NCBI GenBank assembly: GCA_017434085.1 | Contig: JAFRFY010000111.1 | Location: 3,878-67,877 of the forward strand | Reading direction: 5' to 3' | Source: Clostridia bacterium | GTDB taxonomy: Bacteria; Bacillota; Clostridia; Christensenellales; Aristaeellaceae | Length of the DNA: 64,000 bases | Shown here: positions 1 through 7,770 of the stretch, in pieces | How the letters are laid out: every line of letters begins with the position of its first letter | Numbering within the stretch: the first letter of the stretch is position 1 | Program-made: the position numbers and the translations under genes | Notes under the pieces: model-generated | What the model was told of the DNA's origin: nothing | What the model saw: the letters and a program-made list of their open reading frames with translations, nothing else | Database searches by the model: none

Positions 1-1
1 G

Positions 2-214
2 GTTTATTCGATGCGCCGTGACAGCATCGTCGATACTGTCAAGGGTTTCCTGGAGCTGGTGAGGTGCCAGGAGATGGATGTGCTGAATTGCGCGCTGGAT
101 ACCTACGGTGAACGCAGCCTCGATTTCGTCGATTGCGTGCTGTACGGATATCATGCGGTTAAGGGCGTGGAGATTGCCACATTTGACAAAAAGCTGCTGA
201 AGCTGCTGGGGTGA
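2..214 (+). CDS. PIN-domain (VapC-like) toxin, C-terminal part; 5' end lies outside the window
   Basis: Frame is open to the window edge. The C-terminal string SLDFVDCVLYGYH...IATFDKKLLKLL resembles the last conserved acidic segment of PIN nucleases. A hairpin terminator follows. Confidence 0.45.
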   Translation, partial: VYSMRRDSIVDTVKGFLELVRCQEMDVLNCALDTYGERSLDFVDCVLYGYHAVKGVEIATFDKKLLKLLG

Positions 215-230
215 ACCTGGCGGCAATGAA

Positions 231-265
231 GCGCCCCCGGCTTTCGCAATGAAAACCGGGGGCGC
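231..265. terminator. Bidirectional hairpin terminator between convergent genes
   Basis: GCGCCCCCGG (231-240) pairs with CCGGGGGCGC (256-265), with a 15-nt loop and flanking A/T. It sits between the stop at 214 (+) and the stop at 280 (-). Confidence 0.6.
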
Positions 266-279
266 TTCATATGAGACAA

Positions 280-1398
280 TCAGCCGATGCCCATCTGGTT
301 CTGCATGATCTGCTGCTGTATGATGGACGGGTCCTGCAGGTTGGCGGCGGCGTTTTCCAGCGTGGGCTGCTGGGTGACGGTGGGCACGTTGACGGTGGCC
401 GGGGCGCTGCGGGCGGCCTCGGGGGTGAGGTCCTCGGGCTCGGAGGTATCGAAGCCGCTGTCGGTCAGGGGCGCGGCCACGCCGGGTTGCACCGTGGCGG
501 TCTGCGCGCCGATGAGCGCCGCGCCGGCGTCGGCGGGCAGGGCGTTATCGATTTGAGACGCGCCGGCGGCGGCATTGCCGGACACCTTCACGGGCTCCAC
601 CACCTGCCCGGCCAGCACGGTGAAGTTCACGTCGGTGGGGAAGGGGTAGTAGGCGAAGGTGGCCTTGCGCTTGCGCGGCGGCTTGTAGCCGATCACCAGG
701 CCCAGGTTGTAGATATCCTCGGTGTAGAGGGTGCTCACGTCGAAGCAGACCTCCCAGTCGGCGGAGGCGGCGTTCTTGCACAGCGCGCCGTCGTGGGCCA
801 CGCCGGAGATGCCGGGCTTCATGGTCAGCTGATAGGCGATGAGCTGGTTGGTCTTGGTCTGGCTGACGATCAGGAAGCACTGCATCTTGGAGGCGTCGAA
901 GTTGGCGTCGTTGATGAAGCCGTAGCCCGCCAGGTACATGTATTTGTTGTTGTCCGCCGCGGACACGGTGCACTTTGTGATGGCGGCCTGGCAGTTCTGG
1001 GCGGCCTTGCCGGGCAGCGTGAAGCCCGCGGTGCGCGGCTGGGCCAGCATGGTGGGCGGCAGCGGCGTGGGCGAGGGCGTGGGCTCCGGCGTGGCGGTGG
1101 GCTCCGGCGTGGGGGACGGGGTGGGCTCGGGGGTGTCGGTGGGCGTGGTCAGGTCCACCTCCAGCGGGATCTCGTCCGGCTCATCCTCCTCCTCGGGCAT
1201 GTCAAGGGCCTCCGGCTCCGGCGTCATCTCCACATAGGAGCGCACCGTGGCGTCGGGGTCCTTCATGCGGTCGGAGTAGTCCAGCTCCACCAGCGCGAAA
1301 TAGATCACGGCCAGTATAATCAACAGTATGATTAATCCGATTATGAAATAGACAACCGCCAGGCCCTTCGCCTCGCGTTTGCGTCCCTTTTTGAACAT
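280..1398 (-). CDS. Membrane-anchored extracytoplasmic protein with Pro/Thr/Glu-rich linker, unknown function
   Basis: The ORF extends to 1440, but ATG 1398 (MFKKGRKRE) has GGAGGG 7 nt upstream. It has a single N-terminal TM helix (LAVVYFIIGLIILLIILAVIYFAL), a TPEPTPSPTPEPTATPEPTPSPTP linker, then a Cys-containing globular region. Confidence 0.6.
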   Translation of the reverse strand: MFKKGRKREAKGLAVVYFIIGLIILLIILAVIYFALVELDYSDRMKDPDATVRSYVEMTPEPEALDMPEEEDEPDEIPLEVDLTTPTDTPEPTPSPTPEPTATPEPTPSPTPLPPTMLAQPRTAGFTLPGKAAQNCQAAITKCTVSAADNNKYMYLAGYGFINDANFDASKMQCFLIVSQTKTNQLIAYQLTMKPGISGVAHDGALCKNAASADWEVCFDVSTLYTEDIYNLGLVIGYKPPRKRKATFAYYPFPTDVNFTVLAGQVVEPVKVSGNAAAGASQIDNALPADAGAALIGAQTATVQPGVAAPLTDSGFDTSEPEDLTPEAARSAPATVNVPTVTQQPTLENAAANLQDPSIIQQQIMQNQMGIG

Positions 1399-1571
1399 TT
1401 CGCGTTCCCTCCACATCCGTTGCTGACGTAAATAGCACATGATTACATATCCAATCTATATCTTAAAACACCGCCGGGGCAATGTCAATGAAGGTAGATG
1501 AAATATAAAGATAAAGACGATAATCGGTCACAAATCGGGCGCGGGGATGATTTAAGGGGAGGGAAAACCTA

Positions 1572-1600
1572 TGCAGGGGCGCCCGATGGGCGCCCCTGCA
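1572..1600 (-). terminator. Hairpin terminator of the alcohol dehydrogenase gene; also one copy of a dispersed hairpin repeat
   Basis: TGCAGGGGCGCC-CGAT-GGGCGCCCCTGCA is a near-perfect palindrome. On the minus strand it is followed by UAGGUUUUCCC. A near-identical copy lies at 61285-61313. Confidence 0.6.
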
Positions 1601-1641
1601 TGGCGTATCAAAATACCGTTTTTTGATATGGGGGGTTATGC

Positions 1642-2865
1642 TCAGAAATCCACCTCGGTGTCGTAGTAGCAGCACTTGAGCAGCTTCTCCATCTCCTCCT
1701 GGCTGGGCTGGCGGGGATTGGAGCCGGTGCAGGCGTCGGCGATGGCGTTTTTGGCGATCTCCGGCAGGCGCTCGAGGAACACGTCCTCCGGCACGAAGCC
1801 CTGTTCACAGGGATAGCTGTCCGCGCCGTAATTTTTGATGCAGTGGGGGATGTTGAGCTTGTCGTTCATGCCCCGCAGGAAGGCGATCAGCTTGGCGACC
1901 TTCACGTCGTCGCTGTCGAAATCGTCGGCGATGCCCATGTAGTCCACGATCACGCCGTAGCGCTTTTTGGCGGTGGCGTCCTTGGCGTTGTAGGCGATGA
2001 CCTTCGGCAGGTACATGGCGTTGGCCGCGCCGTGGATGATGTGCGCACCATAGTCGGCGAACACCGCGCCGGTCTTGTGGGCCATGGAGTGGACGATGCC
2101 CAGCAGCGCGTTGGAGAACGCCATGCCGGCCAGGCACTGGGCGTCGTGCATGCGGTCGCGGGCGGCCATATCGCCGTTGTAGGAGGGCACGAGGTCCTTC
2201 ATGATCATCTCGATGGCGTGGATGGCCAGCGGGTCGGTGTAGTCGCTGTTGGCGGTGGACACATACGCCTCGATGGCGTGGGTCATGGCGTCCATGCCGG
2301 TGTGGGCGACCAGCTTCTTGGGCATGGTCTCGGCCAGCTCGGGATCGACGATGGCCACGTCGGGGGTGATCTCAAAGTCCGCGATGGGGTACTTGATGCC
2401 CTTCTGATAGTCGGTGATGATGGAGAACGCGGTCACCTCGGTGGCCGTGCCGCTGGTGGAGGACACCGCGCAGAAACGGGCCTTGCGGCGCAGCTCGGGG
2501 ATGCCGAACACCTTGCACATGTCCTCGAAAGTGCACTCGGGGTACTCATATTTAATCCACATGGCCTTGGCCGCGTCGATGGGGCTGCCGCCGCCGATGG
2601 CTACGATCCAGTCGGGGCCAAAGTCGATCATGGCCTGAGCGCCTTTCATGACGGTTTCGACGGAAGGATCGCTCTCGATGCCCTCGAACAGCCTGACCTC
2701 CATGCCGGCCTCTTCCAGGTATTTCTGCGCGCGATCCAGGAAGCCAAAGCGCTTCATGGAGCCGCCACCCACGCAGATGATGGCCTTCTTGCCCTTGAGG
2801 CCCTTCAGGTTTTCCAGGGCGCCCTTGCCGAAATAGATGTCCCGGGGTAGAGTAAAACGTGCCAT
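1642..2865 (-). CDS. Iron-containing (group III) alcohol dehydrogenase
   Basis: 407 aa. Motifs: GGGSMKRFG, GGGSPIDAAKA, and the His-rich metal-site region HTGMDAMTHAIE ... HSMAH. AGGAGG RBS precedes ATG 2865. Confidence 0.9.
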   Translation of the reverse strand: MARFTLPRDIYFGKGALENLKGLKGKKAIICVGGGSMKRFGFLDRAQKYLEEAGMEVRLFEGIESDPSVETVMKGAQAMIDFGPDWIVAIGGGSPIDAAKAMWIKYEYPECTFEDMCKVFGIPELRRKARFCAVSSTSGTATEVTAFSIITDYQKGIKYPIADFEITPDVAIVDPELAETMPKKLVAHTGMDAMTHAIEAYVSTANSDYTDPLAIHAIEMIMKDLVPSYNGDMAARDRMHDAQCLAGMAFSNALLGIVHSMAHKTGAVFADYGAHIIHGAANAMYLPKVIAYNAKDATAKKRYGVIVDYMGIADDFDSDDVKVAKLIAFLRGMNDKLNIPHCIKNYGADSYPCEQGFVPEDVFLERLPEIAKNAIADACTGSNPRQPSQEEMEKLLKCCYYDTEVDF

Positions 2866-2919
2866 AGTGATTGCCTCCTTGTATTGTTTATGTCAGCAGT
2901 GTACAAGCACTGTTGGTTT

Positions 2920-3192
2920 ATACTAAATTTCTTCTAAATATGGACAAGAATGCGAGTGGATTTTTCGTTCTGGCAAGGCGAAGACCCGCAGGCTTGCTGG
3001 CGGATAGCAGTCGCGCCACTGCGCCTTCGCGCAGGCGCGACCAGCCCGGGCGCAGCCTCCGGCTGCCAGCCCGGCGCTGCCGCCGCTTCCGCGAAGCGGA
3101 ATAGCGGCGGTGCGTACAAGTCAAGGGGCTTCAACGCCGCCAGAGCGGAAAAGACGCCGCAGGATTGTCTACATTTAGAGGAAATTTAGTAT
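2920..3192. mobile_element. MITE-like element with 20-bp terminal inverted repeats (copy 1, long form)
   Basis: ATACTAAATTTCTTCTAAAT (2920-2939) matches the reverse complement of ATTTAGAGGAAATTTAGTAT (3173-3192) at 19 of 20 positions. The GC-rich, non-coding-looking core shares blocks with the element at 10658-10819 in opposite orientation (CGAGTGGATTT, CCGCAGRCTTGCTGGCGG, CAAGTCAAGGG, AAAGACGCCG). Confidence 0.5.
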
Positions 3193-3509
3193 TACGCCTT
3201 CCTCTGGAACAGCGCGCCCCTGACGACGCCCCTCGGATCGGCGACCAGCAGCCGCACCAGCCAGATGATCAGGCCCAGCGCGACGACGGATAAGCCCAGG
3301 AAGAGATCGTTGAGCATGTCGGCGGGCGCGGGCGTGAAGTATTCCGCCTTGAGCTCCGCGTACTCGAATACGGCGTCCACCAGCCACATGATCGAAGCGC
3401 CCCAGTACATCCAGCAGAGTATGCCCAGCTTCATCTCACCCTTCGGCGCGTCCTTATACCACTTCACCGTGGCGACGATCGCGGCAAATACGGTCACAAG
3501 CAATGTCAT
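3192..3509 (-). CDS. Small integral membrane protein (3 predicted TM helices), unknown function
   Basis: 105 aa. GAGGAGG RBS precedes ATG 3509. Hydrophobic segments: LLVTVFAAIVATV, LGILCWMYWGASIMWLV, LFLGLSVVALGLIIWLV. It starts 12 nt downstream of the preceding gene. Confidence 0.6.
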   Translation of the reverse strand: MTLLVTVFAAIVATVKWYKDAPKGEMKLGILCWMYWGASIMWLVDAVFEYAELKAEYFTPAPADMLNDLFLGLSVVALGLIIWLVRLLVADPRGVVRGALFQRKA

Positions 3510-3521
3510 GACGGCACCTCC

Positions 3522-3929
3522 TCAGTTCTTCGCGGCCTGCGGCTTCAGAGCGCGGTTCTCCAGCGCGCCGGAGACCGCCACCATACCCAGCCACACCACG
3601 GTGATCAGGACCGCCATCGTGACGCCCACGGTGGACATCTCATGCAGCATCTCCGCCGCGTCCGCGGGGTCCGCGGCCGCCGTCAGGAACGGGAACCACG
3701 GCACTACCTCGCCGTGCCAGACGTGCTCAAACGCCAGCAACGCGGAGCCGCCCCAGAGCAGGTTGGTCAGCCATTTCAGCTTGTGGGTGAAAGGAAGCTT
3801 CTCGGCGGTTTCGATCCTGCCGTCCCTGTTCAGCTTCACCTTCTCGGGCTTTACGCCCTTGGCTTCCATGGCCTTGCGAATCACCGTCGCAACGATGGCC
3901 TCGGTCGCCGGAACCAGAAAACATGCCAT
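3522..3929 (-). CDS. Membrane protein, unknown function (paired with 3192-3509)
   Basis: 135 aa. AGGAGGA RBS precedes ATG 3929. Has an amphipathic N-terminus, the string WGGSALLAFEHVWHGEVVPWFPFL, and a C-terminal TM helix VGVTMAVLITVVWLGMVAVSG. Confidence 0.6.
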   Translation of the reverse strand: MACFLVPATEAIVATVIRKAMEAKGVKPEKVKLNRDGRIETAEKLPFTHKLKWLTNLLWGGSALLAFEHVWHGEVVPWFPFLTAAADPADAAEMLHEMSTVGVTMAVLITVVWLGMVAVSGALENRALKPQAAKN

Positions 3930-3983
3930 ACACTCATCCTCCTGTCACATCGGTAACGTTTGCGTACAGGATCATTGCACATA

Positions 3984-4034
3984 CCAAAAAGGTGAGGCGC
4001 AAACCCCGATTGGCGGAGGGATTCGCGCCTCACC
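3984..4034 (-). terminator. Intrinsic terminator downstream of the flavoprotein gene
   Basis: GGTGAGGCGC (3991-4000) pairs with GCGCCTCACC (4025-4034). On the minus strand the stem is followed by a T-run (CCAAAAA at 3984-3990 on plus). Confidence 0.55.
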
Positions 4035-4194
4035 GCGGCATGCTTGACCCTGCCACGGGCATTATAACAACTCCGCATAGGGTTGTGAAGCCCGGGCGGG
4101 GGATGCGTTAACGAACAATTAACCGCGGATGAACAGACCGGGAGCCGCACTGTGTAAAGCGCGGCTCCCCGAAGCATGGCGGTCTGCGGCGATA

Positions 4195-6060
4195 TTACTT
4201 CTTCGCCAGCGCGGCGGCCTGCTCGCCGATCATGCGGCCGCCGTTGAAGGCGGAGCCGAGGGATACGCCCTCGATCAGCGGGTAGGAGTTGTTGTAGAAC
4301 TCAGCCACGTCGTTGCCGGCGGCGAACAGGCCGGTGATCACGGTGCCGTCCTCCTTGATGACCTGGAGGTTGGAGTTGACCAGCACGCCGCCGATGGCGC
4401 CCAGGCTCATCGGGCGGGCCTTGACGGCGTAGTAGCCCCTGTCGCCCAGGCTCGTCAGGTACTTGGGATCCTTGCCCAGCAGCTCGTCGAAGCCCTTCTC
4501 GCAGCAGGCGTTGTAGTCGCGGATGGTGGCGGCCAGCATGTCGGCGTTGACGCCCATGGCCTCCGCCAGTTCCTCGGCGGTGTCGGCCTTGAACACGATG
4601 CCTTTTGCGCAGCCGTCCTCCAGCGCGTCCACGAAGCCGGTCCAGCCCTCGGTGATGGAGAACAGCGGCACGGTGGGCTCGTAGCGTACCTCGGTGTCGA
4701 TGCCGTACACCTGCGCGCCGCCCTCCTGCAGTTTCCCGGCCATCTCCTGGGAGATGATGGCGTAGTAGTACTCGCCCTGGTTGAAGGTGGAGTTCGAGGA
4801 CAGGGCGGTGTCGTAGTTCAGGTCCTCCGGGCAGAAGCGGCTGCCGCGGGTGTTGACCCAGATGCAGTTGGGGATGTAGATGGCCTTGGCGATGTCGTCC
4901 ATACCGCTGCCGGTCTGTATGCCGGAGAAGCTGGTCACGCCGTGCAGCTGCTGGATGGTCTTGCCCTTGCCCGCGCCGATGGCCTGGCTCATGCGCGCGC
5001 CGTCGCCGGTCTGGGTGCCGGTGGTGAAGGTTTCGAGGTGGAAGCCGACCTCCGCCTCCACCATGTCGGTGTTCGCCGCGAAGCCGCCGGTGCACAGGCA
5101 CACGGAGGTGCAGTCGATGTCGAGTATGGTGCCGTCGGCGCGGCGGCACTTGACGCCGGTGATGGCGTCGTTCTCGGCCTTCAGCTCATAGGCCGCGGTC
5201 TCGAGGTAATACTCGCCGCCCGCCGCGGTGAAGGAATCCAGCAGGGCCAGGTACTCGCCCATCTTGTTCTCCTGGTCCGCGTAGATGTGGTAGGTGGGGA
5301 AGCCGCCCTCGTGCGCGGCCTGCTCGTTGCCCATGAAGTTGAACTGCATGCCGTTCTCCTCAAGCCAGTCCACGGTGCGGCCGGAGTCCTTGAACAGGTT
5401 GTAGAACAGCGTGCCGTCGCACAGCCAGCAGTTGTAGTCCATCCAGTCGCGCCAGACCTCCTGGATGGTGAAGGTGCCGGCCACGCCGGCCTCCTGCTGG
5501 TCCTTGGAGTCGATGCCCATCGGGCCGCCGGCGATGATGGACACGCCGCCGATGTTCGCGGCCTTCTCCACGAGGATGGTCTTCGCGCCATTCTGCTGGG
5601 ATGAAAGCGCCGCGGCCATGCCGGAAGCGCCCGCGCCGCAGACCACGGTGTCGCAGGTCAGGTGGATGGTCTCGCCCTCGGCGGCCTCGGCGGCAGCCAT
5701 CTCGAAGTCGGCGGGGCTGCCGCCCGCGGCCTCGATGGCCTGCTGAACGGCGGTCTCGATGGCGGTGGAGGTGACGGTCGCGCCGGTCACGGTGTCCACG
5801 TTCCAGGCGTTGTTCGCCACGATGGCCGCGGGGATGTCGGTGAGCGCCTTGCCCGCCACGTCGGGGTTCTCCACCTGCTCGGTGACGACCACGGACGTGA
5901 TGGCGCCGCCCTCGAAGGTGGTCTCGACCACCACGTCGCCGTGGTTGCCCGTGCCGGTGCCGGTGTAGGTGCCGTCGGCGACCTCCGCCATCGCGGCGCA
6001 GCCGAGCAGCATCGCCAGCGCGAGGACGAGGGCCATGATTGTCCTGGGTGTGTTACGCAT
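4195..6060 (-). CDS. Secreted lipoprotein flavin reductase: FMN-binding domain fused to an FAD-dependent fumarate-reductase/urocanate-reductase-like flavoprotein
   Basis: The ORF reaches 6132, but ATG 6060 (MRNTPRT) follows AGGAGG. Signal peptide with lipobox LLGC. FMN_bind-type flavinylation motif DTVTGATVTS. Dinucleotide fold VVCGAGASGMAAA and a long FAD_binding_2-like body. Confidence 0.85.
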   Translation of the reverse strand: MRNTPRTIMALVLALAMLLGCAAMAEVADGTYTGTGTGNHGDVVVETTFEGGAITSVVVTEQVENPDVAGKALTDIPAAIVANNAWNVDTVTGATVTSTAIETAVQQAIEAAGGSPADFEMAAAEAAEGETIHLTCDTVVCGAGASGMAAALSSQQNGAKTILVEKAANIGGVSIIAGGPMGIDSKDQQEAGVAGTFTIQEVWRDWMDYNCWLCDGTLFYNLFKDSGRTVDWLEENGMQFNFMGNEQAAHEGGFPTYHIYADQENKMGEYLALLDSFTAAGGEYYLETAAYELKAENDAITGVKCRRADGTILDIDCTSVCLCTGGFAANTDMVEAEVGFHLETFTTGTQTGDGARMSQAIGAGKGKTIQQLHGVTSFSGIQTGSGMDDIAKAIYIPNCIWVNTRGSRFCPEDLNYDTALSSNSTFNQGEYYYAIISQEMAGKLQEGGAQVYGIDTEVRYEPTVPLFSITEGWTGFVDALEDGCAKGIVFKADTAEELAEAMGVNADMLAATIRDYNACCEKGFDELLGKDPKYLTSLGDRGYYAVKARPMSLGAIGGVLVNSNLQVIKEDGTVITGLFAAGNDVAEFYNNSYPLIEGVSLGSAFNGGRMIGEQAAALAKK

Positions 6061-6187
6061 AGTAGATTCCTCCTTCTTCCCTTTGTGCGTAATACCATTC
6101 AGAAAAACCGAAAGCCGGTTTTCCATCATCATTATACCGGGGACGGAGAGGATAAGTCAAGCCTCCCCGGGGGATATGCCGGAGCCC

Positions 6188-6868
6188 TCATTTCACGCAT
6201 TTAAAGCACCCGATGCCCTCCACGCGGCTCACCTCGACGCGGCTGTACATGCCCTCAAGCCGCGCCCGCAGGGTGTCCTCGGTCTCGTAGGGCGGGGTGA
6301 AGAAGCCCTTCGGCTGGTAGAGATGCCGGATGAACCAGTCCGTCCGCGCGCAGCCGCCCCTGACGTAGAAGCAGCCGCAGAACGTGCCGCCCGGCTTCAA
6401 TACGCGGAAGGTCTCGCGGTAGGCGGCTTCCTTGTCGGGGAAGGCGTGGAAGCCGTTTAACGACAGCACGATGTCGAACGCCGCGTCCTCAAACGGCAGC
6501 GCGCCCACGTCGCCCTGCAAAAAGCGCACGTTTGAAAGCCCCGCCGCCCCGGCCTTGGCCTGCGCCGACGCCATCATGGCCTCGGAGTAGTCCAGGCAGG
6601 TGACGTCGGCCCGCGGCAGCTCCCGGTAGACCGGCATCGTCAATACCCCCGTGCCCACCGGCACCTCCAGCAGCTTCCCGGCGAAGCCCTCCGGCACGCC
6701 CGACAGCGCCCTTTCGAGGTAGTCGAGGTTCTTCTCCCGGTCCATGTTCCACACCAGGCGGCAGACGGCCTTGCCCGGCAGGGTGGAATAGGTCATCATG
6801 CCGTCGTAGAAGCTGGCGTTTCCGCCCGTCAGCCCATAGGCGCTTTTAATCTGTTCCCGCCGAGTCAT
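6188..6868 (-). CDS. Class I SAM-dependent methyltransferase
   Basis: 226 aa. Motif I LLEVPVGTGVL, acidic loop CLDYS, motif LKPGGTF. ATGA start/stop overlap with the upstream gene at 6865-6868. Confidence 0.85.
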   Translation of the reverse strand: MTRREQIKSAYGLTGGNASFYDGMMTYSTLPGKAVCRLVWNMDREKNLDYLERALSGVPEGFAGKLLEVPVGTGVLTMPVYRELPRADVTCLDYSEAMMASAQAKAGAAGLSNVRFLQGDVGALPFEDAAFDIVLSLNGFHAFPDKEAAYRETFRVLKPGGTFCGCFYVRGGCARTDWFIRHLYQPKGFFTPPYETEDTLRARLEGMYSRVEVSRVEGIGCFKCVK

Positions 6869-7554
6869 ACCCTCTCATCCTTTCCGACCAGCTTCATGGC
6901 GCACACCAGGTACATCAGCCCCCAGCCCAGGGATTCAAAGCCGGAATCCAGGCCGTTGGCGATCACGTTCATCAGCTGTCCGAGCAGCGCCACCGTCACG
7001 GGGTTGAGGATCAGCGCGATCCTCTTGAGCGGCAGCCTTCCCCCGACGACCATGCCGATCCACGCCACCGTCACGAAGCCGTCGCACACGATGAACCCCA
7101 GAGCCAGCGGCACGGCGATGCTCTTCAACACCCGAAGCGCCATGTCCACCGACGTGGGGACGTCCCCCGTGGCCGCCATGCCCGCGTTGAACACCACCGG
7201 CAGCATGCAGATGCCGATGTGTATGAACGCGAAGTACAGTATGCCGCCCCAGTTGGCGATCTTGAACAGCTTGTAGAGCTTCGATCCCCCGAGGGCGTAC
7301 TTGCGCTCCATCACGCGCAGAAGCGCAACCGCCGCCACGGCGAACAGCGCCGCGCTTATAAAGCCGAGCACGGACGACGCCGCGTAGCGCCAGTCCGGCG
7401 CGACGTTCCACGCGATGCCCATGTACGCGCCCGGGCCGGAGGACATCTCGATCGTCCCGTAGCCCAGCAGATAGTCGCCGACGATGGCCAGCGCCATCGC
7501 CGCGCAGCCCAGCAGTATCCTTTGCCTGGAGGTCCACTTTGACATGCGCGTCAT
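6865..7554 (-). CDS. Polytopic membrane protein, unknown function
   Basis: 229 aa with 6-7 hydrophobic helices. The alternative start ATG 7545 (MSKW) has better GGAG spacing. Translationally coupled to the methyltransferase. Confidence 0.65.
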   Translation of the reverse strand: MTRMSKWTSRQRILLGCAAMALAIVGDYLLGYGTIEMSSGPGAYMGIAWNVAPDWRYAASSVLGFISAALFAVAAVALLRVMERKYALGGSKLYKLFKIANWGGILYFAFIHIGICMLPVVFNAGMAATGDVPTSVDMALRVLKSIAVPLALGFIVCDGFVTVAWIGMVVGGRLPLKRIALILNPVTVALLGQLMNVIANGLDSGFESLGWGLMYLVCAMKLVGKDERV

Positions 7555-7651
7555 CTCCGTAAGAATTAGGATTATCTAACCTGTACCCGTCATCATTATA
7601 TGCCCCGGGGAGAAGAATGCAAGTCAAATTTGTGTGAAGATGGAAGCGATC

Positions 7652-7752
7652 GTTCAGTCCGGGCCTGCGTTTCGGACGGGCGATGAGGGCATCGCCCCTA
7701 CAATTGCGCGATACCCGTAGGGGCGATCCCCCGATCGCCCGCCGGACTGAAC
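7652..7752. repeat. Nested palindromic REP-like element (GGGCGATGAGGGCATCGCCCCTAC family)
   Basis: Inner arms are 7678-7701 (GGGCGATGAGGGCATCGCCCCTAC) and 7717-7740 (GTAGGGGCGATCCCCCGATCGCCC). Outer arms are GTTCAGTCCGG (7652-) and CCGGACTGAAC (-7752). Same core as 42780-42840. Confidence 0.7.
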
Positions 7753-7770
7753 AGTTGCGAATGGGCGGTG

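Noticed and set aside
2871-3189. Four overlapping 66-79-aa ORFs between the ADH gene and the small membrane protein gene
   Set aside because: All lie inside the TIR-bounded MITE-like element and occur on both strands with Arg/Ala/Pro-rich translations. They are non-coding repeat DNA.
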